DNA of 64,000 nt, taken from the NCBI GenBank assembly GCA_014905635.1, contig JABVCE010000009.1, positions 186,001-250,000 of the forward strand, written 5' to 3'. A program made the position numbers and the translations under genes. The notes below the pieces were generated by a model that was not told where the DNA came from, did no database searches, and saw nothing but the letters and a program-made list of their open reading frames with translations. The DNA is from Scenedesmus sp. PABB004 (taxonomy: Eukaryota). This document shows positions 60,112 to 64,000 of this stretch, in pieces; positions within the stretch are counted from its first letter, which is position 1; every line of letters starts with the position of its first letter.

Positions 60112-61832
60112 ATGCTGCGCGCGTGCGCGGCCGCCGCTGCGCAGCAGCCCGGGCTGCCGCGGCTGCTTGAGCTGCTGCCGCTGTTGCGCGGCGTGTGTGG
60201 GTCCGGCGCGGCGCTCGCCAGCGGGCAGCAGCGGCCGCAGCGGCAGCAGCAGCAGCGCGGCGAGCCGTCGCTGCCAGCCCAGTGGGCGGAGGGCTGGATC
60301 CGGCTGCCCCCCGTGCCCCAGGACGATGCCACGACAGCTACGGGTGCGCCCGCCGCCTCCCCGCCCTCGGCGGGCCCGCGCGCGGCGGCGCGGCGGCAGC
60401 GCTGTCGCCGCCTGAGCCGCCGCCGCGCCCGCCGCCTCCCAAACACAGCCTTCTCCTGGGCGCGCAGGCAGGCGCCGGCGCTGGCGGGCCAGCTCGACCG
60501 CCTGTTCCGGCAGCGCGCCGTGCGGCTGCTGCAGGGCGGCCGCGTCAAGCGCGTGAGCCGGGGGCGGCCGCTGGCGCCGGGCGACGTGCTGCTGCTGCCG
60601 GAGCTGGGCGGCGCCCGCGCGGCGCCTGGCGGCGGCGACGGCGGGCTGCACCGGCAGCGAGCGGCGGCGCCGGACGCCGAGCGCTGGGGGCAGGCGCCGC
60701 CCCCGGGCGCGGGGGACGGCCCGGAGGTGCCCGGGGTGGTCGAGCTGCCCCAGCTCGACCCGCCGGTGCTGGAGCAGCAGCCAGAGCCGGCGCCGGCGCG
60801 GCCGCGGCGGGGGCCCGCGCCGCCCCGCGAGCTCACGCCCGCGCAGGTGCGGCGCTGGGTGCTGGCGAGCAGCGAGGCCATCGCTGTGCTGCACAAGCCG
60901 CCCGGCGTCGCGCTCCACGTGGGCGAGGGCCGCGCGCGGACGCTGAGCCCCGCGATTGCGGCGGGACTGCGCGTGGAGGCGCCGGAGCGGCCGGCGCTGG
61001 TGTGCGGGCTCGAGCCGCAGGCGAGCGGCGCCGTGGTGCTGGCGCGCCACGCGGCGGCGGCGGAGTGGCTCTCAGCGTGGGTGGCCGGCGAGCCGGCCGC
61101 GCTCGCGGCGGCCGCGTCGGCGCTGTCGGGCGCCGCCGACGGCGGCCGCGCGCGGCCGGGCGCGCGCGGGCGGCAGCAGCAGCAGAAGCTGGCGCGCCTG
61201 GCGGCGGCCGCCGCGGGCGCGCGCGGGCGCGACGGCGGTGGCGCGGCGGCGGCGGCGCCGTCGTTCTCGGCCAAGCAGCTGGCCCCGTGGCTGCAGCTGT
61301 ACGAGGGCATGCAGGGGCTGCGGCTGCGCCGTGTGTTCTGGTGCGTGGTCAGCGGCGAGCTTCCGCGGCGGCAGGCGGGCACGCTGCGCAACCGGTGCGG
61401 CGCGGCGCGGCGCGGCGCGGCGCGGCGGGGCGCGGCGGGGCGCGGCGCGGCGCTGGGGGTCGCTGCTGCCGCGGCGGCTCGCACGCCAGGGGACGGCCGG
61501 CCGGCGGCGGCGGCCGGCGGCAGCGGGCGCGGCTCGCGCCGCCGCGAGGCCCTCACCGCCGCCGCCGGCTGCGCGGCCGCGCCGCCGGGGCGCAGGATGC
61601 TGCGCGGCGACCTGCAGCTGCCGGCGCTGACGCGCTACCGTGTGCTCGCCTCGGGCGGCGGCCTGAGCTGGCTGGAGCTGCTCCCGCTCACCAACCGGCC
61701 GCACCAGCTGCGCCTGCACTGCGCCAAGCTGCTCGGCACGCCCGTGGTCGGCGACTTCAAGTGCGGAGGCGGGGGTGGGGCGGCGAGCCGCCGGGGCGGG
61801 CGCGGGCCGCCGCAAGGGGCGCGCGCCGACCT

Positions 61833-61873
<41 letters not shown>

Positions 61874-62224
61874 GCGTGCAGGTTTGGCTACCGCCCCGCC
61901 GCCGGCACCGCCGCCGACGGCGCGGTGCCGCTGCCGGAGCGCGGGCGCGGCGCCGTGCGCGGCGGCTTTGCCTCGCCGGGCGCCGGCGCAGCCTGGGGCG
62001 CCGCGCTGGCGGCCGACGGCGGCGGCGAGGACCAGCCGGAGCTGCTGGCCGCCGACCCGGCGGCGGGGGAGCGTGGCGGCGGCAGCGGAGACGGCGCCGC
62101 CGCGCCGCTGCTGCTGCACTGCCGCGAGGTGGTGCTGCTCCGCCCGCGCCAGCGGCCCGTCACCGTCGTGGCGCCGCTGCCGCGCGAGATGCGAACGCTG
62201 CTGCACGAGATGGGCTGGAAGTGA
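60112..62224 (+). CDS. RluA-family pseudouridine-synthase-like protein with degenerate catalytic motif
   Basis: IAVLHKPPGV; ALVCGLEPQASGAVVLAR; RRVFWCVVSG; ALTRYRVL; LELLPLTNRPHQLRLHCA..LGTPVVGDFK-FG; LLLHCREV. Confidence 0.85.
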
Positions 62225-62625
62225 GCGGGTTGCGCGCTGGGAGTGCGCGCGCAGGCGGCGCCGGCGCGGGGTCGACCGCCGGTGCGGAGCGGCGCCGCCG
62301 GCGGCCTCGCGGGGCAGCGCGGGCGTCGAGGGCGTGGAACGCAACGGGCCAGTGCCTCATCGTCCTGCAGCGCGCGCCGCGGGCGAGCGCTCGCGCGGCC
62401 CCCGCCCTGCTCGCGCCGCGTCGCACCAGCGCCCGCGTGCACGGCGCGTGCGGGGCTCGGGGTCCGCCGCGGCGCGGCTGGGGCGCTCGGGCGTGGCCTT
62501 GGGCGCGCGTGGGGGCGGCAGCGCGGCGGGCGCGCTGCGCGCAGACCCCGACTGCGCACCTGACAGCGCCCGCCAGCTCCCCGCCTGGCTCCGCCGCGGC
62601 CCCCGGCGCGCCCCAGACCGCCAAG

Positions 62626-64000
62626 ATGGGTTTCTACTCGATTGCCAAACACTTTGAGGGGGCCACCGTGCTCCTGACGGGCAGCTCGGGCTATGTGGGC
62701 GGCCTGGTGCTGGAGAGGCTGGTGCGCAGCACCGATGTGGAGCGCGTCTACGTGCTCATGCGCCCCAAGCGCGGCGAGGACATAGGCTCCCGCCTGCGCA
62801 AGCAGCTGCACGAGAGCGCCATATTCCACCTGCTGCGGGGCAACCCGGTGCTCGACAAGGTCGTGCCCATCGCGGGCAACATGCTCGCCACCGACCTGGG
62901 CATCTCGCTGGAAGACCGTCGCCGCCTCGCGCGCGAGGTGACGGACGTGATCCACTGCGCAGCAGACATCCGGCTGGAGGCGGGCATCAAGGACCTGCTC
63001 CAGGCCAACTACGAGGGCACGCGCCAGCTCTGCAAGCTCGCCTGCGGCTTCGCCAACCTCTCGGCCTTCGTGCACGTCAGCAGCGCGTACACCAACATGA
63101 ACGCGCCCACCGGGAGCCTGGTGAAGGAGGCAATCTACCCCCTCACGCACGGCGATCAGCTCGTGGACGACTACGAGCTGGTGCAGGTAATTGGGGCCGC
63201 CCCACGCCGGGCGCGCGCGCCCGGGCGGGCGCCAGGCGCGCCGGGAGGGCGCGCCGAGGCCGGCCATGCGCAGCAGCCCCCGCCCGCGCGCCGCGCGGCC
63301 GGGCGGGGCGCCACGCCCGGCGCCCCAGGCGGCGCGGCCCCACCCCCGCCGCGTGCCGGCGCCGCGGGCCGCGCGGCGCGCGCGCGCGCTGCGCCGCCGC
63401 TGCTGCGCGCCGCGCGGCGCGCCCGCCGCCGCGCGCGGGCCGCCCGCCCGCGCCCACCCCGCGCGCGCCCTCCCCACCCCGCCGCCCCCGCCGCCCCCCG
63501 CCTCCCCCGCAGGAGCTGCTGTCCATGCCCGCGCACAACGCCAACCTGCGCGCGGAGGGCCTTATGAAGGCGTGGAACTTTCCCAACAACTACACGCTCA
63601 GCAAGCACCTCGCCGAGTACATGGTCGCCGACTACCACAAGCACGCCAAGCTCCCCGTCTGCATCTGCCGCCCCACGCTCATCTCGAGCGTCGCGCGCGA
63701 CCCCTACCCCGGTGCGGCGCGCGGGCCGCACGCCGCCCCGCGCCCGCTCCGCGCCCGCCCCGCGCCCGCCCGCTGCGCCCGCGCCCGCCGCCCGGGCTCA
63801 CGCGCGCCCCGCCGCGCCCCGCGCCCGCCGCGCGCCGCCGCGCAGGCTACACGGGCAACTACGCGGGCCACGTCGGCGCGACGCTCGCATTCATGGCTGG
63901 CCTCTTTGACAGCCCCGAGGCGAGCAACTACAAGGGCGGCAACGTGTGGGACGTCATCCCCGCCGACGTCGTCGTCAGCGACATCCTCGCCGCCGCGGCC
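62626..64000 (+). CDS. Fatty acyl-CoA reductase (FAR/male-sterility-2 family); runs off window end
   Basis: VLLTGSSGYVG; VYVLMRPKRG; VIHCAADIRL; ANYEGT; FVHVSSAY; NNYTLSKHLAE (YxxxK); ICRPTLISSVARDPYPG-Y. Confidence 0.93.

Noticed and set aside
1..64000. Hundreds of long overlapping Arg/Ala/Pro/Gly-rich ORFs on both strands
   Set aside because: Expected from stop-codon scarcity at very high GC; not evidence for overlapping or antisense genes.

Overview
Extremely GC-rich (roughly 75-80% by eye, not computed), intron-dense eukaryotic nuclear DNA. TGTAA poly(A) signals and gene content point to a chlorophyte green alga (Sphaeropleales-like is an inference). Most long ORFs in the track are GC artefacts; real genes were rebuilt by joining exons by eye. 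About 23 genes: WDR60/FAP163-like dynein-2 intermediate chain, receptor-like kinase, VMS1/ANKZF1, UDP-glycosyltransferase, SIN3, U-box protein, BolA, Deg7/Nma111 protease, ABM-domain protein, L17, ubiquitin-specific protease, DAP3/mS29, secreted GH-A-like TIM barrel, Slm1-like BAR-PH protein, AKR2, a secreted tandem-repeat precursor, GrxS15, RecA, an RluA-like protein, a truncated fatty acyl-CoA reductase and three hypotheticals. Best candidate for novelty: a secreted, prohormone-like polyprotein (54490-55914) of three ~78-aa Trp-rich modules separated by G-R-x-(L/M)-L processing motifs and built by exon+intron tandem duplication. Also notable: frequent GC-AG introns, an RDEL-terminated UGT lacking the catalytic His, a probably inactive pseudouridine synthase and a non-RD receptor kinase with a tyrosine-kinase-like loop. 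No rRNA, tRNA, CRISPR array or recognisable transposon was seen.
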